Counted from the first letter of the stretch, positions 1-11,960 are shown. The stretch: 43,228 nucleotides of DNA from Octopus bimaculoides (GCF_001194135.2 NC_068997.1:27422724-27465951), one strand, 5' to 3'. A program made the numbers and translations. The notes: a model not told the origin generated them from the letters alone.

Positions 1-290
1 GAATCTAAAAACAGAAACAATTCCTATCATAGTAGGTGCCTTAGGTATAATAAAAAAAATATTCAGACAAATACATAACAAAAACACCAGGACTTACAAA
101 TATATATAACATACAGAAAATTGCACTACTTGGCACTGCACACATTCTACGCAAAGCACTTTCAATACAGTAAACATAAGAGCACCACAGCAAACCACAG
201 CACATACCCAAGGTGCACAGAGCTGCGCTCGGTAGTGAAGTGAAAGCACGTTATAAAAATAAAACTACTGAACAATAATAATAATAATAA
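1..290 (+). mobile_element. 3' end of an R4/Dong-like (RLE-type) non-LTR retrotransposon, copy 1, cut by the window start
   Basis: Bases 2-173 read NLKTETIPIIVGALGIIKK / (+1 frameshift in the A-run at ~59) / YSDKYITKTPGLTNIYNIQKIALLGTAHILRKALSIQ* (TAA 171-173). This resembles the C-terminal PIVIGALG...QK..LLGTA.ILR..L signature of R4-clade ORFs. It is followed by a ~100-bp 3' UTR and an (AAT)n tail from 274. Bases 67-273 recur at 40642-40848. Confidence 0.75.
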
Positions 291-291
291 T

Positions 292-295
292 GTGA

Positions 296-330
<35 letters not shown>

Positions 331-385
331 AATGATGATGATGATGATGATGATGATGGCGATGAGGATGATGATGATGATGATT
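292..385. repeat. (GAT)n microsatellite
   Basis: Directly visible, continuous with the (AAT)n tail of the retroelement. Confidence 0.95.
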
Positions 386-1903
386 GTGAGACGGAGAAGA
401 AAAATACGAAAAAAATTGAGGAAAGATAAAAGAAAGAAAATGCAAAAAAAGAAAGAATAAAAAAGAAAATAGAAATATATTAAGTGAGGGAGACGGGGGG
501 GGGGGGAGTGAAATGAGAAAAATGAACAAGATAGAAATATATAAAAGAAAAAAAGAAAGGGTTAGAGAAAGAGAGAAGAAACAAAATTAAATTAAAAATG
601 CGAACTTCTGGTAATATCAGTTATCAAAGAATATGTCAGTTGACAAGAGATTAGTGATACTGTGCATATACGGACTGATAGAATAAGCTGGATTATAAGA
701 ATATAAGAATAAAAACGGTACATATTTAGTGGAGAGAATAAAGAAGAGTAAGCAAAGACAGATGAATATATGAAATATAAAATGCAGGGGAAAAGAGAGG
801 GAGAACGGGAAGGAATATAAGAAGGAGGGGGAGGAGAAGGAAGAAGAGAAGGAGAAGAGGAAGTGGGAAGAGAAGATGGTGAACAAAATGAGAGGAAAGA
901 AAGTGAAACAAAAGATAAAGAAGCAGTGTAAATTATTAAAAATGAATAAAATTAGCTCAGCTTTCATGACAGAAAGAAATAGAGGAAAATATAATATTGT
1001 TTAGAAACAAAACTTTTAAAGAAAAACAAGAAAGCAAGAAAATACCAACAACACAAGGGAAATAACTGCTATTATACTATCCATAATACGTAACGGGCTA
1101 AAATCTATGGACGCAAACATTTTAGGATGGACTTTTTCAATTCCAAGAAAACAAGATTCCGAATGGCCAAAACCGATTTGAATTTACAGAGGTACCTCTA
1201 CCTTGAGAAAGCTTTTAGCACAAAATTTTGATTGAGAATCGGAGTTTTGATCAGCTAAAGCAATTCAACGAATTTTCAAATGCTTTGAAGAATTTTAAAG
1301 AAATTTGACACAGAAAAGAAACATATTAAATTTGTAAGCATTATAAAATAAACTAACAGGTATGTATTTGATGGCGGTATTTAGACAAAAGCTCCATTCT
1401 CAACGTCAATAAATTAAATGGAGACATCAAAAACAGAGAATTTTCAGACGTGCATAAATGACATGTTTTCTTCACGACTATAAGGTTTTGAAAATTCACC
1501 AACTGATTACAATATCTTTCAATCGTCAGGCTTACTAGAACTGTGATGTTAGTATTTCGTTTCATTGAAAGCCTAAAAGAATATTTGTGGTGTGTATAGA
1601 ATTAGTTCACGGTCGACTATCATATTTAATTTGACAGAATAATACACTAACTCCTAGCAGCAATAATTATTTGAAAATGTGCGATAGTTTCCGAAATTAA
1701 TGTATCAATTTAATGCCTGGTCTCATCACGAGAATCTACAATAGTACGCTTACAACAAATATTAAAACTAAATAGAATTGTTTTAAGCATTAAGTAATGT
1801 CAGCTTGTTGATGGTTCACGTCATCAAATAGTAGAAAGAAAGCTAATAAAGAAGAATAAATTATTTCGTCGTAGGGGAAAGAGGAAAAAGTTGGGGATGG
1901 AGA

Positions 1904-2027
1904 ATGTATGTATGTATGTATGTATGTATGTATGTATGTATGTATGTATGTATTATGTATGTATGTATGCATGTATGTATGTATGTATGTATGTATGTAT
2001 GTATGTATGTATGTATGTATGCATGTA
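1904..2027. repeat. (TATG)n tetranucleotide microsatellite
   Basis: Directly visible; source of the MYVCMYVC-type ORFs. Confidence 0.95.
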
Positions 2028-4050
2028 TACGAACGAATGTTTCTAGGTATGTGTATATATCAAAGTGAATGCTATGATTCCAAGCTGAAGAGCACTCAAT
2101 CTATGGGGCAAATTGTATTCGATGCGTTGCCGTCTTTCCAATTTTGAGCTACAATATTCCAGTTAATAACGCATCGTTATAAGAATCAAGATGATATGTA
2201 AAACCGAATCCGTACATGTGTTTTTCTCTCTACATATATGTTTGCTGCAGTATTTACTCGTACACACACACACACACATATATATATATGTTGTGTGTGT
2301 GTATGCATACATATATGTATTTATGTTTGTCTCTTAAAATGTGTCTGTTCCTATATATATATATATATATNNNNNNNNNNNNNNNNNNNNNNNNNNNNNN
2401 NNNNNNNNNNNNNNNNNNNNNNNNNNNNNNNNNNNNNNNNNNNNNNNNNNNNNNNNNNNNNNNNNNNNNNNNNNNNNNNNNNNNNNNNNNNNNNNNNNNN
2501 NNNNNNNNNNNNNNNNNNNNNNNNNNNNNNNNNNNNNNNNNNNNNNNNNNNNNNNNNNNNNNNNNNNNNNNNNNNNNNNNNNNNNNNNNNNNNNNNNNNN
2601 NNNNNNNNNNNNNNNNNNNNNNNNNNNNNNNNNNNNNNNNNNNNNNNNNNNNNNNNNNNNNNNNNNNNNNNNNNNNNNNNNNNNNNNNNNNNNNNNNNNN
2701 NNNNNNNNNNNNNNNNNNNNNNNNNNNNNNNNNNNNNNNNNNNNNNNNNNNNNNNNNNNNNNNNNNNNNNNNNNNNNNNNNNNNNNNNNNNNNNNNNNNN
2801 NNNNNNNNNNNNNNNNNNNNNNNNNNNNNNNNNNNNNNNNNNNNNNNNNNNNNNNNNNNNNNNNNNNNNNNNNNNNNNNNNNNNNNNNNNNNNNNNNNNN
2901 NNNNNNNNNNNNNNNNNNNNNNNNNNNNNNNNNNNNNNNNNNNNNNNNNNNNNNNNNNNNNNNNNNNNNNNNNNNNNNNNNNNNNNNNNNNNNNNNNNNN
3001 NNNNNNNNNNNNNNNNNNNNNNNNNNNNNNNNNNNNNNNNNNNNNNNNNNNNNNNNNNNNNNNNNNNNNNNNNNNNNNNNNNNNNNNNNNNNNNNNNNNN
3101 NNNNNNNNNNNNNNNNNNNNNNNNNNNNNNNNNNNNNNNNNNNNNNNNNNNNNNNNNNNNNNNNNNNNNNNNNNNNNNNNNNNNNNNNNNNNNNNNNNNN
3201 NNNNNNNNNNNNNNNNNNNNNNNNNNNNNNNNNNNNNNNNNNNNNNNNNNNNNNNNNNNNNNNNNNNNNNNNNNNNNNNNNNNNNNNNNNNNNNNNNNNN
3301 NNNNNNNNNNNNNNNNNNNNNNNNNNNNNNNNNNNNNNNNNNNNNNNNNNNNNNNNNNTGCACCGATTCTAATCAAAATAACAACGCAATTTACCAAAAG
3401 AATCCTTTCCAAAAGAGAATTATAATTATCAACAGCCTCGTCTACTCCAAAACTCATCTTTCACATTATAAGTTAATTTTAATAAGTTCTTTCTCGTTTT
3501 TTTTTTTGAGTGTTTATTGTGTTTTTTTTTTATATTTTCAAGTTCTCTATGTCTATACATGTTCTATTTTCATTTCCTTCGAGAAAAACGTTGTCGCTGT
3601 AGTTGCTATTGTTATTGTGGTGTTGTACTGGTTCTTCCGTTTGTTATTTTGTGTGTGTATGCTTATTGCTATAGTTGCCGCTATTTTTGTTGCTGTTGTT
3701 GTGATGGTAGTGGTGGTGGTAGTGCTTCTTGTAACGATTTACGTCGTTCCTTAAATTAAAATTTAAATAATGACCTTGTTTGCATTCTCGGCAAATGACA
3801 CATGATAAATGCTGGTGTTAGGTGTCCATTCAGATATTTGTATGAATGTATTATGTATGAACCAATGTATTCTATAATATTACACACATACACACGCAGA
3901 CACACAGATACACACGAGCAGACACACACACACATATATGTACATGTACATATATTCATATGCATATACATATGCATATACATATGCATTTCAATACAAA
4001 CACATAAGGCATTAATACGCACATATGTACATACATGCAAATATAATCAT

Positions 4051-4620
4051 ACTAGCTGAGGTAATAAATTATCATCAATAAGATGTCTGTTTAAAGCAAT
4101 GAAACATTTTCCGTCAAATATCGACATTTTTCAGAAATTTAAAATCTATATTTATGGGTAGGACCAATTTGATGAAAAAATGAGCAGTGTCTGGTAGCGA
4201 ACCCGTGTCGTCGTCATTTTTGTGCACATATGTAAAATGGCGAAATTTTATGCTTTGGGGCAGATTTCGTGAAATTGATGTCACGACGGCTAGTGTGCAA
4301 AATGCCTAAATTTTGCTTGAGAAATAAGATGTTCTTGCCTAATGAAAACCGTTAATAAGCTGTCTGTTTATACCCATGAAACATTTTTCGTCACATTTCA
4401 TCATTTTTAGTCAAATTTGTATATAATGGTTAGTGCGGAAAATGCCGAAATTTTACCATTTTTGAAAATTCGATGATGATTAAAAATCGATTTTTAAAAA
4501 AATTCCAAATGTGTAAGTGACCACACGATCATAAGCCCCCACCCACGTGTCAAGTTTCATTAAGGTCTATTGGATAGTCTCGGAGGAGTAAAAGCAACAA
4601 ATTCACAAATTAATATATGT
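4051..4620 (+). mobile_element. Probable non-autonomous Helitron/Helentron-associated (Lep1/DINE-1-like) element with an internal duplication
   Basis: Starts with t|ACTAGCTG (4051). Carries tgtcaagtttcattaaggtctattggatagtctcggaggag (~4548-4588) and ends in an AT-rich aattaatatatgtat motif, resembling ends I recall for Lep1/DINE-1-type elements. Internal imperfect direct repeat 4077-4140 vs 4354-4418. Family assignment is from memory only. Confidence 0.4.
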
Positions 4621-4690
4621 ATTCATACACACTTACTTATACAGATACATACGTACATTCTTATATTCAAACATACAAACATGCGTTCAT

Positions 4691-5018
4691 GGAGAGCACT
4701 CCGTGGGTTACGACAACGAGGGTCCCAGCTGATACGATCAACGGAACAGCTTGCTCATGAAATTAACGTGCAAGTGACTGAGCACTCCACAGACACGTGT
4801 ACCCCTAACGTAGTTCTCAGGGAGATTCAGCGTGACACAGAGTGTGACAAAGCCGGCCTTTTGAAATACAGGTACAACTCATTTTTGCCAGCTGAGTGGA
4901 CTGGAGAAACGTGAAATAAAGTGTCTGGCTCAAGGACACAACGCGTCACCGGGAATTAAACTCACGACCTAACAATCGTGAGCCGAATGCCCTAACCACT
5001 AAGCCACGCGCCTTCACT
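4691..5018 (-). mobile_element. Full-length tRNA-derived SINE (head type H1, CORE-like centre) with 13-bp target-site duplication
   Basis: Minus strand starts gtgaaggcgcgtggcttagtggttaggg (A-box TGGCTTAGTGG), then gtgagtttaattccc (B-box-like), then a CORE-like tgtgtccttgagccagacactttatttcacg...cagctggcaaaaatgagt. Flanked by a perfect direct repeat aacatgcgttcat at 4678-4690 and 5019-5031. Confidence 0.9.
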
Positions 5019-5068
5019 AACATGCGTTCATACATACATACATACATAATACATACATACATATACTT

Positions 5069-5071
<3 letters not shown>

Positions 5072-5133
<62 letters not shown>
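5072..5133. repeat. (AC)n microsatellite
   Basis: Directly visible. Confidence 0.95.
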
Positions 5134-5137
<4 letters not shown>

Positions 5138-5910
5138 TTATAAACTAATTTTATTGAAACCTGCCTGGAGTTTTAAGAAGAAAAAATAACGAAGCAAAAA
5201 GCAAAGCAAAAAAAAAACAAAAAAAAAAACAAGAAAACGTGGGAAGGAAAATAAGATTATGAAAGACATCACGAAAAACAATCCGTTCTACCTGAACCAC
5301 CATTTAAAAAAAAAAAGAAAAGAAAGAACGAGAGAAAAAATAACGGATAAAAATCTCTGGGAAATAACTTCTCTTCATATTATTGTTCACCTGCCAAACG
5401 CCACGGACCAATTTTAGTTGGGAAACATTTATAAGCTGTTCCGTTTCATTGTTGCTTTTGTTGTTTTATGTGCTTTTATAGTTAATTTTAATCTTCTGCC
5501 AGAGAAAGACGTGTCGGCTGCTCTTTCCATTTGTCACGTGAAAGGAAACCCTTCATTATGTAGCTGCCTGCATGATTGATATATTTATCACCTCATCTTG
5601 CAGTTTACTACATCAAGCATAACACCTTTACCTTATCACTTTTACAAATTTAACACAGACTTAACGAAAAACACAGATCGCTTATACACTCTTTCATATA
5701 TGTGCGCTCACGCACGCATACATACACATACACACACATGTACACATTCGCACATACGCATACATATACAGAGTCTCATTCATGGGCACACAGACATAAA
5801 TACACATCCATACATCTCCCACCGCACAAATATATACATATGTGTATGGAGGGGAGGAAAGAGATAAAGTAGGGACGGATAGATGGAGAAGGGAGAGATA
5901 GATCAATATT

Positions 5911-5993
5911 GACGTGGTTGTATGGTTAAGAAATTTGCTTCGCATCCACATAGTTTCAGGTTCAGTTCCACTGCGCAGACCATTGGGCAAATG
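5911..5993 (+). mobile_element. 5' fragment of a tRNA-derived SINE (head type H2)
   Basis: gacgtggttgtatggttaagaaatttgcttcgcatccacatagtttcaggttcagttccactgcgcagaccattgggcaa aligns by eye with the head at 41222-41301. Confidence 0.75.
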
Positions 5994-6158
5994 TGTGTGT
6001 TTGTGTGAGTGTGTATATATATATTATGTACACACAGATACATACATTCGTACATATAGATATATATATATTTCTTGAAACTGTTTCAACTCCAAAGTTT
6101 CGGTCATACTGGGGCCCATATATGTTACACACACATTCGTATACTTATGTTCACTGAT

Positions 6159-6254
<96 letters not shown>
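6159..6254. repeat. (AC)n microsatellite
   Basis: Directly visible. Confidence 0.95.
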
Positions 6255-6256
<2 letters not shown>

Positions 6257-6660
6257 TCAACATGCTATACTCCCAAGAACTGACGATCACGACTCAAATC
6301 CACAATGTCTCTCCAAACATTTGTTCTCGTAACCGCTATTTTCTGTTATTAGTAACCTCTCTTTTATAATAACAACATACCAAAAACTGCAACAGAAAGG
6401 CTTAGATCCCATTTTTGGGCCAGAAAATACTTGACCAAAGGTGAATCCACTTTAAAGCTCAAGTATTGACCATAATGTGCACTGCTCACATTACTGGCAC
6501 GGCACAATGAACACTAACATCGTATACAACAGTCCACGTCTCCTCTTCAGAATCAGAACGCGCTTGGAAATTGGTCAATTGTTAACCCTAGGCAAGGTAA
6601 AAGTGTAGTCTATGAGTAAGTACTGCTCACATCTCTTGGAGGGCACATTTGTTACATACA

Positions 6661-6731
6661 TTGATATCGGTTTCAAATTTTGGAACAAGGCCAGCAATTT
6701 CGGTGTGGTCCGGGGTGGTAAGTCGATTACA
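6661..6731 (-). mobile_element. 3' fragment of a SINE related to the 39788-39986 element
   Basis: aaattttggaacaaggccagcaatttcgg...gtaagtcgattac resembles the cacatggcctaaaattttgggtgaggggactagttaattatatcgacc segment at ~39813-39870. Confidence 0.55.
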
Positions 6732-7125
6732 GTTCTTCAGAAACATTATATGCTGAATTATCATCTCTGTTGAAACCAGTAGCGTAGCTGTCTGCCGTCC
6801 CTGCCGATGTACATCAATGCATTCGATATAGGCTTATAACAAACTTAAACCTTCTTCCTCATAAAAGAGTCGTCCGGGGTGGTTTTTTTGTTTTTGTCAT
6901 CGCTCTCTTACCAATTACACTACTGGTTGAAACCTACTTTATGTACAGATACCGTTGCTATTACTACTGCTGCTGCTACTGTGACTACTACTGCTATCAC
7001 CAGCACCATCGGTACCGGCACATGCACTGCAGCCGCCGCCTCCAACCACCACTACCGTTACGATCACCAGACTTCCTCCTCTTCCTGTTCCTCTTTCCCT
7101 CTCCTTTTCCTCCTCCTCTTCCTCA

Positions 7126-7126
<1 letters not shown>

Positions 7127-7188
<62 letters not shown>
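7127..7188. repeat. (CTA)n microsatellite
   Basis: Directly visible. Confidence 0.95.
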
Positions 7189-7190
<2 letters not shown>

Positions 7191-7525
7191 ACTTCTCTAA
7201 CTTCCTTAGTTGTTAGAACCGTTTCAGAGTGGAGTTAATCTCGAGATAGATTATTGGCGAACTTGTGATCGTCAGGTGACCTTTGACCTTGTCAATAACT
7301 GACAATCATGTTCACGGTAGCTGTCGTACTGCCTTGTATTGCCTTAGCTAATCAATTTCTTCTCGTGTCAATGTCACTTCGTCCACTTTTGACCAAATTT
7401 GGTATCGCCACAAACTACTGGTCATTACGCTCTCGTTTCTCTCCATACATGCGTTTCTCTACACACATTTATACGTGCATAAATGTTTAATCAGGGACAC
7501 ACATACAAACATATGTGCACATATC

Positions 7526-7600
<75 letters not shown>

Positions 7601-9760
7601 NNNNNNNNNNNNNNNNNNNNNNNNNNNNNNNNNNNNNNNNNNNNNNNNNNNNNNNNNNNNNNNNNNNNNNNNNNNNNNNNNNNNNNNNNNNNNNNNNNNN
7701 NNNNNNNNNNNNNNNNNNNNNNNNNNNNNNNNNNNNNNNNNNNNNNNNNNNNNNNNNNNNNNNNNNNNNNNNNNNNNNNNNNNNNNNNNNNNNNNNNNNN
7801 NNNNNNNNNNNNNNNNNNNNNNNNNNNNNNNNNNNNNNNNNNNNNNNNNNNNNNNNNNNNNNNNNNNNNNNNNNNNNNNNNNNNNNNNNNNNNNNNNNNN
7901 NNNNNNNNNNNNNNNNNNNNNNNNNNNNNNNNNNNNNNNNNNNNNNNNNNNNNNNNNNNNNNNNNNNNNNNNNNNNNNNNNNNNNNNNNNNNNNNNNNNN
8001 NNNNNNNNNNNNNNNNNNNNNNNNNNNNNNNNNNNNNNNNNNNNNNNNNNNNNNNNNNNNNNNNNNNNNNNNNNNNNNNNNNNNNNNNNNNNNNNNNNNN
8101 NNNNNNNNNNNNNNNNNNNNNNNNNNNNNNNNNNNNNNNNNNNNNNNNNNNNNNNNNNNNNNNNNNNNNNNNNNNNNNNNNNNNNNNNNNNNNNNNNNNN
8201 NNNNNNNNNNNNNNNNNNNNNNNNNNNNNNNNNNNNNNNNNNNNNNNNNNNNNNNNNNNNNNNNNNNNNNNNNNNNNNNNNNAGAAAAAAGAAACAGAAT
8301 ATATGAGAAAGGTAAAATTAGATTATACGAACGTCAGAAACTTGATTCTTTAATTCCCTTCTTCAAACTTTGGTTGGAGGTTTTCTTTGTTTAATTTCAG
8401 ATGGGAATTTCTTTGAAAATTTCTTTAGTAGAAATGGTTAATTCAACAGAATTAACCAGTTTTCGGGAAATTTTGTACCATTCTCCGGCAATAAAAAAGA
8501 AAAGAAAGCTCGGAGCACAAATCTTAGAAAAACTTAAGATACGTGGAAAACCGAAAAAGATTTCAATCCAAAAGACAACGTTGTAACGTACATATGATGT
8601 TAGTAATGAAGGCTCCAGTTTTTATTGTCTTCCTTCATTTTCTTTTCTTTATTAGACATTTATTTGCAGCACTTTCTTTATTAGACATTTATTTATAGCA
8701 TACGTACACACATACATACATGTGTGTGTATGTGTGTGAGATTTTTGTCGTTGTTTCTTTTATATTTGTTTTGGTATTGTGTTATATTTCTATTTATTTG
8801 GGATGTTTTCTCAGTGTTAAGTTTGAGTTCTTACTGTAAGTTCTAAGCGTATATATATATATATATATATATATATNNNNNNNNNNNNNNNNNNNNNNNN
8901 NNNNNNNNNNNNNNNNNNNNNNNNNNNNNNNNNNNNNNNNNNNNNNNNNNNNNNNNNNNNNNNNNNNNNNNNNNNNNNNNNNNNNNNNNNNNNNNNNNNN
9001 NNNNNNNNNNNNNNNNNNNNNNNNNNNNNNNNNNNNNNNNNNNNNNNNNNNNNNNNNNNNNNNNNNNNNNNNNNNNNNNNNNNNNNNNNNNNNNNNNNNN
9101 NNNNNNNNNNNNNNNNNNNNNNNNNNNNNNNNNNNNNNNNNNNNNNNNNNNNNNNNNNNNNNNNNNNNNNNNNNNNNNNNNNNNNNNNNNNNNNNNNNNN
9201 NNNNNNNNNNNNNNNNNNNNNNNNNNNNNNNNNNNNNNNNNNNNNNNNNNNNNNNNNNNNNNNNNNNNNNNNNNNNNNNNNNNNNNNNNNNNNNNNNNNN
9301 NNNNNNNNNNNNAAAAAAAAAAAAAAAAAAAAAACTGAGACCGAAACAAGAAAGTATCTGTAGTAAGATCTCGGCTGAGATTTGAACCATAGCTCCAAAA
9401 GTTTCCCAGTCTAAGATCACGGACTAATATAATTCTATAAAAAGAAGTGTCTCCTTAAACGTCATGAGCTCCTACGCAAATATGGCCCGACCAATCAGCA
9501 CTGACTGACATAGTATGGCTGAGGCAGCAATCTTGAAAAGAAGTGGGTTACCCTACCGAATATTGCAAAGGTACGGTTCACAGCTATAAGAAGAATGACA
9601 AATGCAACCAGGGATCCATTAAGTCATCTAGATAAATCTGTGCCGCTTATGTCAATGAGTTGTTCTCTCCCCCTTTCTTTTAAACAACAAACTTACGTCA
9701 TTCTCAACAAAAGATACTATTACTTGTAGTGTCCAGTAACACATATCCTTTTTTTTTTTT

Positions 9761-9990
9761 CATTTTACTTGTTTCACTCATTAATCCGAGGCCATGTTGG
9801 AGCTCTGTCTTGAAGAATTTTTAGTCTAATGTATCGAGCCTAGTACTTATTATTATTTACATAAGCCTGGTGCTTATTCTATCGGTCTTTTTTGTCGAAC
9901 CGCTAAGTTACAAGAACGATAACACACCAGCACCAGTTGTCAAGCGGTGGGGGAGGAGTGACAAAGACAGACACAAAGACACAGAGGCAT
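9761..9990 (-). mobile_element. 3' half of an H2-family SINE
   Basis: Reverse complement matches 41411-41600 (gtgtgtttacgtccc..taactta, gatagaataagtactaggctt, ctccagcatggc, tgaaacaagtaaaa). Confidence 0.8.
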
Positions 9991-10002
9991 ATATATATAT
10001 AT

Positions 10003-10057
10003 ATTCTTTTATTCTTTTCTTCTTTTCTTTCATTCTTTTGCTTGTTTCAGTCATTTG

Positions 10058-10060
<3 letters not shown>
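10003..10060 (-). mobile_element. Extreme 3' tail fragment of an H2-family SINE running into a (CTA)n/(CTG)n tract (to ~10139)
   Basis: attcttttattctttt...cttgtttcagtcatttgact is the reverse complement of the tail agtcaaatgactgaaacaag(t)aaaaga(ataaaaga)n. Confidence 0.75.
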
Positions 10061-10139
<79 letters not shown>

Positions 10140-10200
10140 ACATTGCTATTACTACTAAATAACGGTAGAATATAAATGGTACACAGAATGCAAAATAGTG

Positions 10201-10430
10201 TGATACAACGTGTAGCACGGTATGATACAAAGTGTAACATAGCATAATACACAGTATAACACGGTGTGATACAAAGTGTAACACAACATGACATAAAGTG
10301 CAACACGGCATCGTGCAAAGTATAACGCAACATGATACACAATACAACACGGCATGTTACAGAATGTGTAACACAGCATGATACTCATCGTAATACGACA
10401 CGATACACAACGTGACACAGAATGATACAA
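10201..10430. repeat. 22-bp degenerate minisatellite, ~10.5 units (consensus ~TGATACAAAGTGTAACACGGCA)
   Basis: Units start at 10201, 10223, 10245, 10267, 10289, 10311, 10333, 10355 (24-bp unit), 10379, 10401 and 10423 (partial). Confidence 0.85.
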
Positions 10431-10679
10431 TGTTGCAACTATGATAGAAACTGTACTACGGATTGCAGCTAGTACCATCAGCATCAATCCTAATACGAAT
10501 ACCACCACCACCACCACCACCACCACTACCACCACGACTGCTACTACTGCCAATACTTGGTTACTTTAAGTAAACCAAAATCGTGTCTTTAGTCCAGTGT
10601 CTAATTCAAGAGAAAAGTTCAATCTCAAACATGGGTTTTATTTTTTTTTCTACAGAGGCGGGTAGAAGTAGTGGTAGTG

Positions 10680-10713
10680 AGTGTGAGAATGTGTAAGTGT
10701 GAGTGTGCGTGTA

Positions 10714-10744
<31 letters not shown>

Positions 10745-11960
10745 TATATTGGTGACAGAATGTGTGTGAAAGAGCGTGTACGTGTGTGTGTGTAAAATAG
10801 AGCGCGTGCATGAGAATGTATGTGCGTGAGAGAGAGAGAGAGAGAGAGCGAGAATGTGTGTGTATGAGAGTGTGTGAGAGACAGGGATAAAGAGAGAGAG
10901 TGTGTGTTTATGTGTTTGTATGTTTGTGTGTTTGTGTGCGTGTGTGTGTGTGCGTGCGTGTGCGTGTGTTAGGGAGAGAAAGTTTGTGTATGTGTAAGAG
11001 AGAAAGCGTGAGCGTGAAAGAGTGACAGAGTGTATGAATGCAAGGAGAGAGAGAGAGAGAGAGAGAGGGGGGGAAGAGAGAGAGAATGCAAATGTATGGG
11101 TGCATATGACAGGAGTACGTGTATAAGTGTGAGTGTATATATTTATGAAAGATAGAGAAAATGCNNNNNNNNNNNNNNNNNNNNNNNNNNNNNNNNNNNN
11201 NNNNNNNNNNNNNNNNNNNNNNNNNNNNNNNNNNNNNNNNNNNNNNNNNNNNNNNNNNNNNNNNNNNNNNNNNNNNNNNNNNNNNNNNNNNNNNNNNNNN
11301 NNNNNNNNNNNNNNNNNNNNNNNNNNNNNNNNNNNNNNNNNNNNNNNNNNNNNNNNNNNNNNNNNNNNNNNNNNNNNNNNNNNNNNNNNNNNNNNNNNNN
11401 NNNNNNNNNNNNNNNNNNNNNNNNNNNNNNNNNNNNNNNNNNNNNNNNNNNNNNNNNNNNNNNNNNNNNNNNNNNNNNNNNNNNNNNNNNNNNNNNNNNN
11501 NNNNNNNNNNNNNNNNNNNNNNNNNNNNNNNNNNNNNNNNNNNNNNNNNNNNNNNNNNNNNNNNNNNNNNNNNNNNNNNNNNNNNNNNNNNNNNNNNNNN
11601 NNNNNNNNNNNNNNNNNNNNNNNNNNNNNNNNNNNNNNNNNNNNNNNNNNNNNNNNNNNNNNNNNNNNNNNNNNNNNNNNNNNNNNNNNNNNNNNNNNNN
11701 NNNNNNNNNNNTATATATATATATATCGATAGATAGATAGATAGATAGATAGATAGAGAGAGAGAGGGAGATGACGGAGAGAAAGCGAGATACAGAAAGA
11801 AGGAGACAGGCAGAGAAGCGAAGGTATGAGGATAATAATATGTGCGTGTGTGTGTGTGTGTATGTGTGTGAGAGAGAGAGAGGGGGGATAGAAAGAGAGA
11901 GAAAGAGAGAGAGAGAAAGAGAGAGAGAGAAAGAGAGGGAGAGAGAGACAGTCCCATCCG
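10680..11960. repeat. Compound (GT)n/(GA)n/(GATA)n low-complexity region spanning the gap at 11165-11711
   Basis: Directly visible. Confidence 0.9.

Noticed and set aside
1353-1573. Minus-strand ORF containing VSLTIERYC, reminiscent of the GPCR TM3 (D/E)RY motif, with an upstream ttcttttag acceptor
   Set aside because: The flanking residues do not fit TM3/TM4 patterns and no other GPCR exons are evident. Treated as coincidence unless BLASTX says otherwise.
6551-6596. 46-nt segment bounded by ctcctcttcag and AAG|gtaaaa
   Set aside because: The splice-like signals are good and two frames are open, but it is too short and unrecognisable. Such pairs are expected by chance in 43 kb.
6708-6883. 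12-bp direct repeat gtccggggtggt at 6708 and 6872 as a TSD
   Set aside because: The enclosed ~150 bp shows no recognisable element structure.
7280-7410. gtgacctttgacctt motif and gaccaaatttggtatc, suggestive of a non-autonomous DNA element
   Set aside because: The motifs are too short and no boundaries can be defined.
9430-9500. TATA-like (tataaaaag) and CCAAT motifs as a promoter
   Set aside because: Their order is wrong for a plus-strand promoter, no associated gene is evident, and such motifs are frequent by chance in AT-rich DNA.
10201-10430. Regularly spaced repeat as a CRISPR-like array
   Set aside because: The units are contiguous and degenerate with no unique spacers, the context is eukaryotic, and there are no cas genes.
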